Assembly (NCBI GenBank): GCA_000320545.1
Contig: ADNK01001750.1
Location: forward strand, 1-32,176
DNA from: Bigelowiella natans CCMP2755
Taxonomy: Eukaryota > Protista > Cercozoa
Direction of reading: 5' to 3'
Length of the DNA stretch: 32,176 nt
Part shown: one piece after another, positions 1-11,364 of the stretch
Layout of the letters: each line of letters begins with the position of its first letter
Position numbering within the stretch: position 1 is the first letter of the stretch
The notes under the pieces: generated by a model
What the model saw: the letters and a program-made list of their open reading frames with translations, nothing else
What the model was told of the DNA's origin: nothing
Database searches by the model: none
Made by a program: the position numbers and the translations under genes

Positions 1-123
<123 letters not shown>

Positions 124-154
124 GTAAATTATATATGTTTTCATTCATTTGCAG

Positions 155-280
155 GGACACCAATCGTTGCATTCGCGCATCAAATGGGGAGTCCTGCAGC
201 GCCGATCATCGTCCGCGAAATGGTTTCCAACAAGATCATGACTAACGAGTTTAAACTCGGTAGGAGAGACACTAGGAATA

Positions 281-373
<93 letters not shown>

Positions 374-888
374 GTGCGAGTGTGTGTGAAAATGCTTACC
401 TTAGTAAACACAGTACTACTTTGTCATTGAGTAAGTTCTTGAAGGAGCACTTCATCATTATTCCAGGAGAAACCGTGTTTAACTCCGACGCAAAATACGT
501 CTTTCGAGTCGGCAGCGCAGCTGGTATTAACTGCTACAATGGGCCCGAAGAAGAGAAGAAACAAGGTTGCATGCAAGAAGAACGCCAATGACAAAGCATA
601 CCAATGAACGCAGCATTTATATTCAATGCGCGCGCGCGCATGCGTGTGTGTGTGTGTAGATAGAAAGAGATAAGACAGACGCACCTACCTCCCCCTCCCA
701 CTGAGGAATCATCAGTATTAACCAGCAGAAGATCATTCCTATCTTGATTGTCTTGTTGTTGGGTCCTTATTTATGCATTCTCGTCCGTTGTAAAAACACG
801 GATTTTATAGAACTTCGCTCCCCAGTAGTAAATGCATACGATTGCATCGTCGCGTCTCATCAGGTTCCTTTCCTCCCCCTCCCCCCCC

Positions 889-961
<73 letters not shown>

Positions 962-1198
962 TGCGTGTTTCTGTCTACGATTTCGGCTGCGTGCATCGAC
1001 GTGTTTTCTGTATTGATTTTCTTAGATATATCCCCATGTTTGGGGAGCCTCCTTTCCATCGTCTGTGCTCGTTTAGGTCGGGATCTCGTGTGCGGATTAT
1101 TCTGCAATGACAGGTAGCTTTACCTTCCAATTATATATGTGTGTGTATATATGTGTGTTTGGGTAAAGTGTTGGAATAATGTTAACTAACTATATATA

Positions 1199-1297
<99 letters not shown>

Positions 1298-1857
1298 ATC
1301 ACCACAAACCCCCATTGCCCTCATGAGACTATACCACCACAGGCAGCATCAACAGCCTGAGCCTCTCCCATGTGGAAGAGGTGAAGGAGAAGCTGAAGAA
1401 GATGGGTTACATCTTCCAAAACGGGTAGGCTATTAGACGTTAAATCCATCGACGATTAAATCCTAGAGCACGCCAAGCTGTGCGTTTGCGAGCGCCTCCC
1501 CCGCGCGCATTCATTCCGCGACGTCGCGCCTCCACTACCGAAGAAACGATAAGCATCTCCAATCGTGTGTTTATAAAATTATTAAAAAAAAATGAGTTAT
1601 GCCCTGCTGCGTGTTTCCCCCTGGTTTTGTCGCAATCGGCCACCATCAGATGGCCTGTGCTTAGAACGGATGCAAACACGGTGAAGCTGCTCCGGTCCTC
1701 CATCGAGGCCAAGCTCAACGCGTTCAATGCCTCCCGGGGGGAGGGGCAGGTCGTCGTTTGTGTTTGAGAAGTGATGGTTTTGGTAGCGAAGAAGCTGCAA
1801 AAGTGCAGGACCGATAGATCTTATCTCGCTTCTCACCACCGTCATCGAGCAAATAGA

Positions 1858-1895
<38 letters not shown>

Positions 1896-1934
1896 CGAAT
1901 CTAGATTTTTCTCTTTCTCTCTTTCTTAGCTTTG

Positions 1935-1968
<34 letters not shown>

Positions 1969-2119
1969 GCGGGCCTGCATTTGTAGCTCAAGGCCGGTAA
2001 GGTGGTTTGCCTTGGGAATGTTTCCAAGGACTCACTCTATGCGGAAACGGCGGAAAAGGCATTCGTTGAGCTGAGAAGAACGCTAGATACCGGTTGCAGG
2101 TTTGCAATATTTGTATGTA

Positions 2120-2160
<41 letters not shown>

Positions 2161-2422
2161 TGTGTGTGGCCTGTGCGTGTGTGAGAGAGATCCCGTGCAC
2201 GAAGAGCGCTTGTCGCGGCTAGTAAAATCGCCTTTTATCAGCGAGATGGAATTCGCTACAATCACACGTGTCGGTGCGCACAAGACGATGTTGGGAGATC
2301 GAGTCAAGACTGCCATGTCTGCGTGCATCGTAAGAAACTCCTTTGCATGTGCATCATGCCTGGTTTTGATACATATAGTTATGTAACCAAATATAAATAT
2401 ATACTATACATATATATATATA

Positions 2423-2458
<36 letters not shown>

Positions 2459-2754
2459 TTGGTGCTTTGCTACAGCAAATGTTTCCCCCCAGCCCCCCCC
2501 ACCCACCGCCCTTATTCGTTCTTTCTCACCCGACATATCCCCCTCTATCTTAGCTTGGAAGCATTCCCGGAGACTCATTTGCAGAACTCGATAAATCAGT
2601 GGTGCGTTGTATTAGAAAGCTTATACCTCTGTGGCGACAGTGTGGGAGAGAGGGAGGCCCTTTGCATATACGGTTTTGGTTTGATAGATATCCCTGCAGC
2701 TGGGCCTCTGCTGCTACTCATATAGCTTATACGTCTTTTGGTGGTGTGTTTTAA
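155..2754 (+). CDS. Uridine phosphorylase-like nucleoside phosphorylase (PNP_UDP_1 family), 5'-partial, multi-exon
   Basis: Exons 155-259, 467-565, 811-863, 1077-1113, 1343-1424, 1650-1749, 1987-2099, 2242-2329, 2554-2754; all GT-AG and phase-compatible, stop TAA 2752-2754. Spliced protein has TPIVAFAHQMGSPAAPIIVREMV (HxMGxP motif), YVFRVGSAAG (xRxG[TS]xG), KDSLYAE and GCSEMEFATI (EME motif) in the order expected for this family. Confidence 0.85.
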
Positions 2755-3000
2755 AGTGCTCAAAGGTCACGGAGTCGGCGCTTGTCGGGACGTTAGAAAC
2801 GCTCCACGAGATCTCGAAATCTCATAGATGAAATGGCTGTTGCTATAGCGATGTGGATTTTGATACTTGCTGACCAGCCATGGCCTCTTGCTTGAATGAT
2901 ATGCACTTACTCAATAAGTAACCATTCAGCACGTATTATGTACCGCGAGTAGGCAGAAAGCGCTTAATAGTGGGATTTCACTAACATCCTCGGCTTTGAA

Positions 3001-5090
3001 ATTGCTGCTTTTTTGCACGAGTTGAGATCGTTCGCGAGTTCTAGGGTTTGTGTGGATGGCGCCACAAACATGCATTCACGTTGTTAGCCATCACAGCTTG
3101 CTCGCACGCTGCGCTAGTAGTGCGCTTGGATCTAAGACGTGTCACACGGCTTGCTCGCACGCTGCGCTTGGATCTAAGGCGTAGCAGATAAGCTCAGAAC
3201 AATGCGGGTTGGGGCATTTTGCAGTTTAGTCAATGTGGGCATTTGGCACAAATGTCGCAATGAGCCCGACTAGCCGGGCCAACACACAGGATCTGGCCCG
3301 GCGGAAGCCAATGTTGGTGCTGCAATCACTGTTCGTGCGCAGCACTGATCACATGATGCATGACAATGCTGCGCTAGAATGGTGCAGCGTTGGATTGTCG
3401 TGACGCAATTGCACATCTCACCAGAGCGCGCACGTGAAGACAAATCCAATCGGCAGCAGGTGCGCGTGTAAGTGCGTGAGTTGCATCACACCGGTGATGC
3501 TAGGATGCATGTGAGAGACTTGCAAGTGCGCACACATCTTTCACATCAGATGCGTGTCCTTTCGGCTCATGCATGCCATTCTAGCATTGGCAGCTAGCTA
3601 GCTAGGCAGCAGGTTAGCTAGGCAGCAGGTTAGCAGGCGTGCGACGAAGCTGCGACCAGTCAGCAACACAGCCTGCATTTCCTTTTTGAGTGATGGCACG
3701 ATCTGAACACTAGAACAGTCTGAACGCGTGTGTCTGCGCCACACGACGATGCACAATGTGAACTGGTTCACAATTGCAACTTCATGAAACACGGGACCTC
3801 TCTAGCTTTCCCCTGCAGCTTGCTCTGGCGGTCCTCATGTCATCGGCACACGAAATTCCGGTGACGACAATGGCCCATTCCAGCATTTTCCGTCTGGGGA
3901 CATCACGTGACACAATTTTGTCTGAAATGGACTTTGAGGCAAATGGTTGAACTTTCACACTTGCTAGCTTGGTCACCGCCGTGATGCTTGCGACAAGCCG
4001 AGTTTTAATGCACGTTGAGGAAGTGCGCAAGCTCTGCGTTGTCCATTTGCCCAATATTGCACCAACTTTCACGTGTGCTCACTGTTCAAGTGGCGATTTT
4101 TTGACACAAAACGTGCTGCAACGTAAGTTCCAGGTGGAACTTTCACGTGTTTTTTTGGTTCAAATTCACCTGCTTGCTGAGGCCGGATTTTTCCACTGCA
4201 ACAACACAGCGCGCGAATCGCGCACACACTCAAATTGCCATGCGTGTGGGTTGAGCTGATGATTGCCCTGATCATCGTGAGAACATGAACCCAACCATCG
4301 TGCACGTGCAGCGTGCGTTACCTGCGCGCCCACAATTGTGTTTTTGAAAACACAATTTCACAAACGGGAGTTCACGTGAATGAATGGTGACATGCAGATG
4401 TGCCACGCTGGCACGATACCATTCATGCTTGTCACACACACCTCACAATCACACGATGCGACGTGCATCTGCAGTGCACAGATGCACGAGCATGACTTGC
4501 ACAGACGATGCAAGTGCGACGTCAAACGAAGTCTAGAAATTAGTTCAACTGAGTCTAGGAGTCTCAATCATGCACAAATGGCCATCGCCATTTCACAAGT
4601 GCGCCAACTGCGTTTGGAGCTGTTGGCGAGAGGATTGTGGGGATTTCCCCCAAACCACTACAACTAGATCCTAGCTCTGCAGTGAATCTGCCCTAGATCA
4701 GAGGTCAGTGGGGAGTCGCTCCTAGCAATTGTGACCATGCGTGCTGCATGCATCCAAGCTGAATTCCAATTTGTTCAATAGGGCCTTTGATTTGTCTTCA
4801 ACTTGCGCTGTGTCATTGCATTGTCACGGTTGTGTTGTCAACGCATTAAACTGATGATTCTTGAAATTTGCTGAATTGATGGCAACAAAAGCTTGTGTCA
4901 TGATGATCTCATGCAAAACTCTGCCAAAATTCTTCTGCTTCGCTTTGCATGCACACCATCGCTCACCGCATCGCTTGCATTGCAAATATGGCACAGCACA
5001 TGGCAGTCAGCACCGCACATCGTAGTCGCACATCGTGGTGGGGCAAAAGGGGTCTTTGGGGTTCTTAAAAACAAACTTTGTGCACACATG
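3001..5090. other. TpA-depleted, TG/CA-rich intergenic tract; probable degenerate repeat or mobile-element remnant, family not identifiable
   Basis: Hand count 3001-5040: 28 TA in YTAR context (CTAG/TTAG/CTAA/TTAA) versus 12 in all other contexts. No (TA)n runs. ORFs are His/Cys-rich and almost Tyr-free. No recognisable transposase, RT, TIR or LTR. Confidence 0.75.
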
Positions 5091-5200
5091 ACGTATGAAT
5101 ATATGTTATGCACACAACACTTTGTACATGCACAACTCCTTTCCCCCTATGATGCCCCCCTAACAAAGTATGAGGATAATGATGCGGCTATTCCACCACC

Positions 5201-5234
<34 letters not shown>
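5201..5234. repeat. (CAT)n microsatellite in the 3' UTR region of syntaxin-18
   Basis: tcatcatcat... run just past the minus-strand stop at 5241. Confidence 0.9.
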
Positions 5235-5240
5235 TCGTTA

Positions 5241-5909
5241 TCAGCTCCCGTACCAATCAAGAAAAAGGACCGAGAAAGCCGATAAGTACAGAATGGATAG
5301 CAGCCAGACGCTTTGATTTCGGCCCCTGCGACACACAAGAACAACAAACATCAATACCACCCAAACTAAACATCCCAAGAACAAACTCGGCTTGTTATGA
5401 AGAAGCAGCTCGATACGAGATAGAAAGAGCACTGGCGCATTCTTGCGCGGTCTTTGTAATGCAATAGCATAATCTATTTAAAAGAGCCACCAGCACCAAC
5501 GCCTCAACAACTTCCATGATTTTTTTCTCATTTTCACTGCATTCTGAACGATGTCTACCTGTCTGCAGCATCCTGCAGCTGTTTCACCGCGCCCTGCACA
5601 TACAGATAAACTCTCTCTCACGATCGATTTGGTCGCCTCGGATAAGGCCGCATTTGGGATGCAGACAATGTCTCGAGTAGCTGTATTCCACGTGTTCTAT
5701 GCAATGGAAGGCTCACCGTGGTGTGTATTCTCGCAGTTTCTTCTGTTTCCATGATCTCTGCCACCGTCTCGCTCTGCTCGAGCACCTGCCCACGAATTAG
5801 TTGTATGTTAGTGCATCGATGCAGTCAGTTTTTATTGATTTTCTTTTTTTTGAATGAACGAGGGTAAGGACGATGTGTGGAGTGTTTGTCAGTGCATGCT
5901 TGTGTGTGC

Positions 5910-5957
<48 letters not shown>

Positions 5958-6738
5958 GTATTATATAAAGAGAGTAACTTATAGAAGACCTTCTGATTGA
6001 AGGCAGTCATCATCACCGACATGTCCAATAACTGCCAAAACCATCAAAAGTGCCATCAGGCGAAAGTCAACATCCAATATATACACAACCCATTAACAAG
6101 ATCCTCTAGCCAACCGCTCTGCCAACTTACACTTCTCAAGAAATTGAGGAAAAAAAAATCGAGGCAAAACTATGAAGTTGTGCGTTGGACAAAGAAAAGG
6201 TTTTTTGGCATGAAATACTGCCGTGGTTTCACGTCGCCCAAATAAAAAGGGAAAAAAAGGAAATCAAATCAATAAGGCATTTCCAATTCTCGTCAAATAT
6301 CTCTCAACTATTAAATTAAACAAGCAACCAAGGACACCAAACCTTGCTCTCCGAGACGTCCTTTGTTTCCACGCTCTCGTTTTCGAGCCTTTTCACCATA
6401 CAAACCATCATCATCACCCGAGGCAAGCCAACTCCACTTCCAACGGGGAGATATTAAAGATGCAAAACACGCGTCGCTGCCGCACACGAATCTTCTGTTT
6501 TTGTCTGTGTGGGAACTGCTTACTGTTTCTGCAGCTGTGCATTCTCCTTGAGCATGGCCTCATCAACTGCACGCACCTTCTTCTCATCATCACCGCTCGC
6601 AGCGTTGCTGCTACTGCTGCTGGGAGGAAGGCCCAAGGAGTTCTGCAAGAATCTTGAAGGAAAGCGCATAGAAGAGGAGGAGGAGGATGAGCAGGTGGAT
6701 AACGCTGTGAATTCTTCCCGGCGCTGCTGAAGTTCCTG

Positions 6739-6773
<35 letters not shown>

Positions 6774-6860
6774 TATGACGATAACAACATTTCAGTAGAG
6801 ACTTCCAAGTCCTCGCTCGCACTATCCCTCATTCACATGAAGGGAAACAACGAAGAAATC

Positions 6861-6910
<50 letters not shown>

Positions 6911-7503
6911 AGAATACGCGCCAACGAGGGACACAACGCAATGACGCTTCTTTCTTGCGAGGGTCTATAATTACTACTACTGCTACTACCTGCAGCTTAG
7001 CCTTTGTTAAATGAACTGCCCCAAACGTGCCTGCAGCTCGACGTTTCTCTCGATTTTGCGCCGCACGCCGTCGGTTCTAAAGACCAACGAGCAAGTAGCC
7101 AGAAGTTGTCGTGAAGTTGTTGTCAAAAGTACTTTTAGGTGCGCGCGCGAGGAATGATGATAGCGCCGATGAAATGCGCTGTGGCAATGTCGCAGAAGGT
7201 CAACAACTAGAGAATTTACATGCGCCGTCGCTCTCCTATCTATGCGTGTGAGGCTGAGATAGTGACGATCCCCGGGGGGGAGGGGAGGGGGGGGGACATA
7301 GGTGTGTGATGCATCGAGATCCCTTTTTCTTTGCAACGTATACTTCCTACTCTCCTTCTTCTCTTCCTTCTTTAAGTTGCTGCTGTATTATGTAATAGAG
7401 TACCTTCTTTTGCAGTTGTAAAGTAGCACTGAATTCGTCGATTTCGCTCTGCACGACTTGTAGCATCTGCGCAAATTTTAACTCTTAAAACGATTTTTTA
7501 TAT

Positions 7504-7560
<57 letters not shown>

Positions 7561-7565
7561 CATTA

Positions 7566-7602
<37 letters not shown>

Positions 7603-7902
7603 AATCATATTATTATATTTACACATATCAAAAGAAAAAAAAAAAATATATATATATATATATATACATATCATATATGTTCATTATACATAAACACATC
7701 AAATAACATCTATAGAGAAAGATACCCCCAAAAAGTGGAACTTCTTCTGTTGCGTCTCGTCCACACTCTTCCCCCCTGCGAGCACCGTACTCATCGCCTC
7801 TGTCAAATTTACTCGAGATCCCAGCGAGCGCCGTATATCCATTAGGCTCTAAAGACACGCATGATGATAGAAAAGTTGCTTTGAGCAATGAGTAAAACCA
7901 GA

Positions 7903-7966
<64 letters not shown>

Positions 7967-8074
7967 TCTATGTTACCCTGTCGTAGTCCGAACACTGTGC
8001 TAGCGACTCGATCTCTAATGCCTCCAACTCCTAATTTGTCAACACGTGGCGGGTGAAATCAAGGCTGTGCGTGT

Positions 8075-8116
<42 letters not shown>

Positions 8117-8480
8117 TGCATTTTTATATTGTTAGTTCGCATATCTGCTCGCACACCTCTAAGGCGTCGTTTGGCCCTCCTCCCCCTTCGCCTTCGGAGA
8201 AGCCAACGTCACCCCACTGCGTTTCGGAGGCTAGGGACTCAACTTCGCTCTATGCATGATGAAGCAAACAGTTAGAACTTTAATGAAGATATCGCAATGT
8301 CGATCTATTAAACAAAGGCGATTGCAATATGATTTGCTGTAGTACTGGTAAAACCCCGGTGTTGCCCTAAAATAAGGCTAGTCTCATACGAATAAGCACG
8401 GGCAATCACCTTTTTCTCCCGCAATCTTTTCGTTATGACCGAGCACTGCCGTACGATCGTTGTTGAGGGGTTCATTATCC
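5241..8480 (-). CDS. STX18: Syntaxin-18/Ufe1/SYP81-like ER Qa-SNARE, multi-exon; 5' end uncertain
   Basis: Phase-consistent GT-AG exons 6735-6524, 6388-6343, 6031-5990, 5785-5717, 5593-5559, 5325-5241 give MLKENAQLQKQLENESVETKDVSESKLLDMSVMMTAFNQKVLEQSETVAEIMETEETARIHTTGAVKQLQDAADRGRNQSVWLLSILYLSAFSVLFLDWYGS*. This is a SNARE helix with VLEQ zero layer plus a C-terminal TM ending LFLDWY, characteristic of syntaxin-18. Further helical exon candidates near 7000-7250, 7400-7480, 7740-7850, 7975-8030, 8155-8250, 8410-8480 were not fully resolved. Confidence 0.85.
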
Positions 8481-9467
8481 TCGATCCCTGTGCTCGCTCT
8501 CTGCCCAAACAAGAACACGGTGAGGCTGCTTTCAAGCAACATTGGTGGGGAGGATTCTATTACTACTTCACTGCCCTCTGATTGATACTGAACCGATTCA
8601 ATTTATCTTTCCGTAAAAACTTAAAACTGGTATTCTTACGTTTAAATACTATTTGCTCGCTCTAATAAAGGTGCAAACGTCATCGAGTATTCGGCTTCTA
8701 CATAGCCCCCTCAATACCTGCGAACATCCGCATCGTCGAGGCCTCTAACCTTCGCTTCCGAGAATACATATCGGACAAAATCAGCGGTGCGTTCAACAGA
8801 ACAAGGCATCGCTTTGTTTTGATGGAGGGGATGGGCGGCGGGAGGGGAAGGAGGTCAGGTGGCCGGCGCCATTCCTTCTCTCGGAGCGGTCTCAGAGAGA
8901 AGAGAAGTGGTCCTTTCGAAAGCCGAAATTCGCTTTTCGCTCCGATGTTTTCTGCTGGTAAACTTGCCGAGAAGGAAGGGCCTCGCTACGTTCTCGAAGA
9001 GCAGTTGGTCTATGGGAGTTTTCCTGCAGGGAAATGGCACCGAACCCGTATCGCAGGAGGGAAATGCCCATGAATTTTACGTAGATCCATTTTTTGGTAA
9101 TTGTCCCCAGTAAAATCCGAGGAAATTTTCGTCCCTAAGGAGGAAATTCGCCTGGTCGCAGGACAGGATTCGCCTAAATTTCTGATTTTTCCTGGAAAAA
9201 CGCCCACGGTTTCGCATGCCGGAACTCCTACTACGCGTCGACGTGCAGGATATCTGATGGATCTATCAATCTTCGGGGTTATTTTGATCAATCCGGAACG
9301 AAAAAGGATTCGTTTACAAATTAACACATCTTTTTATCGAGATAATATTCTATATAAAATGTCCAGATTAGCATTTTTTTTGGGAAGCTTTTGAATTTTT
9401 TTCAGGGGGCCCCCTCGCTGCACAACTGAACCAGTGAGGCGACACACGTCGGCAAGGGCCAGGACGC

Positions 9468-9886
9468 ATGGGGCAGTGCTGTTCTACCCGAAGGGAGAAA
9501 CGAGCCCCTCCTAAGGTCTTCGCTTGGAAATCACCTCAAACTCCGAAGAAATTCACTTTTTCTGCGAAGACTGCCAAGAAATCCTTCGATGCTGGGAAAG
9601 AAAAGTCGATTAGCCCCGATGTTCGGGGCTGGACCGATGTTCGGGGCAGGAGGGCACCGATAGAGGGGGAACTGAAAGAAACTGGATCGACCTCTATCAC
9701 TTCGACTACAACATTTATTGATGAAGCCCCAAAAGGTGTTGAGATTGCTCTCCATTGCACACACACCGACACATACTACAACTTCTGTTTGATGTTCCGA
9801 GTAACCAATATCAAATGCTCGTCTCTCGTTACATAATGTCCTCCAAAGAACAAATACAAACTAAAAGGAAATAGACATTGAAAGAT

Positions 9887-9926
<40 letters not shown>

Positions 9927-11364
9927 ACACATACACACGCGCGCGCGTGTAGTCTTGCAATCTTGCAATCACATTCACCGATGCTTTTGTGCGGACGTAT
10001 ATGACAACAGATAGTAACGAAATCCCTGCCGGAGACACTGGGGCACAAATTGACAGTAGAGATATGAAAGGTGGTGTACATTAGACTAGGGAATTCCAAA
10101 GATAAAGTATTTGCAGTGTGCCCAGTTTAGATTCATAGTAATTATTGACCCAAACCGCGTGTTGCTTGCGTACATTAGTTATGCACGAAGACGATAGCGA
10201 CAGAGAGGGAGAAGAGGAGGAACAAGAGGATTATGTCGAATGCGCCAATGAACCCCCGGCAGGGAGTTTAAAACAACTTGTGCAGCCACAAGCCGAGAGG
10301 GCGAAGCAAGAGCTCCCAGAAGACGATGGAGACTCTCGCGACGACCCCAAAGAAGAACTACCATGGTTAGTTCATTCTCACTTCTGGGAATAAAAATCCT
10401 TCTTCGATGCCAGCATTTTCGCGTTTTGGGGAAGAATAGCGACATGGAGATCGACGCATAAACCTTTCCTGCCCCCCAAAACAGTGCAATGTGGGCTTTT
10501 TCGCCTTCTAACCAGTCGTGACCCCATCCCTCCCCTTCCATTGCGCTATCAGCGCCTTCGTCATCATCGTTCATTCGTTATCTTGTAGGCATCATATGGA
10601 GACCGAGGAAGAGGAGGTGGTGATGGGGATTCTTAAAAAAGGCGAAGTAATGACGAAATACCCGAGGGGGGGAGGAATCGTCCAACCGACGAAGAAAGAG
10701 AAGATGGTCCAAATCGATATGAAAAACGGCTACATGATTTATCGCGACATCATGCTGGCGTGGGATGGGGACAGACGAGTGAAGCGAGGGAAAGGGGGGC
10801 TCACGAAGATCGCTCTCACTTCTGTGACGCAACTTTTCCTCGGCAAACACACGCCTCCGTTCAAGAAGTCAGCTGCTGCAGCCGCCAAGGGCAATCTGTG
10901 CTTCTCGCTGGAAGACGAAGAACGCACGTATGTAGAGTACTGGAGCGTATTGCAAGTTTTGATTTTGGAAATTTTGTCAACCTTTCAATGAAAGGAAGAG
11001 AGTGCAGCGGTTTCTCTTTTTGAGGTAAGGAGGGGGTTATATGAGAAATGAATGTAGTTCCGACTCAACTACTATCGATAACCGCCTCCGTAAGCATCAT
11101 GCCAAACCTAAAAAAAAATGTTTGCAAGAAGGATTTGTAGAGAAAGGCTAATAATTAAGTTTCATTTTCGATCCCAATCTTATGCCCCCCCCCCCCCCCC
11201 CCTTCCCTCCCCTATTCAGCTACGACTTCGAAGTTGCTGACGCAGAGATGTTTGACCGGTGGCTCAAGGGCATCATCGTAACAATAGACATGCACACGCA
11301 CAAAAGCGTTAAAGTTACGGATGTTAGAAATGCGGAAAAAGTTGTCGAATTCTCCATCACGTGA
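9468..11364 (+). CDS. Predicted N-myristoylated/palmitoylated protein with C-terminal PLC-type PH domain
   Basis: Exons 9468-9735, 10179-10365, 10589-10927, 11220-11364, GT-AG and phase-compatible. N-terminus MGQCCS; acidic linker; PH signature LKKGEVMTKY...KIALTSVTQLFLGKHTPPFKK...CFSLEDEERTYDFEV...DRWLKGI. Confidence 0.85.

Noticed and set aside
145-760. Alternative minus-strand exon chain with a strong GTAAGC donor near 400
   Set aside because: The plus-strand chain is phase-consistent over nine exons and yields recognisable phosphorylase motifs; the minus-strand reading gives no recognisable protein.
3001-5090. CpG methylation decay or classical RIP as the cause of TG/CA excess
   Set aside because: CpG remains abundant (cacg, gcgc, cgcg) and C>T processes cannot remove TpA; RIP would increase it.
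3598-5285. His/Cys-rich ORFs as zinc-finger, transposase or recombinase genes
   Set aside because: No conserved motif spacing in the frames I read. His/Cys excess and ORF length are explained by loss of TAY codons and TA-containing stops.
8750-9460. Short ORFs and A/T-tract-rich segment between divergent genes as a MITE or extra gene
   Set aside because: No terminal inverted repeats or target duplication found; more simply a divergent promoter/5' UTR region.
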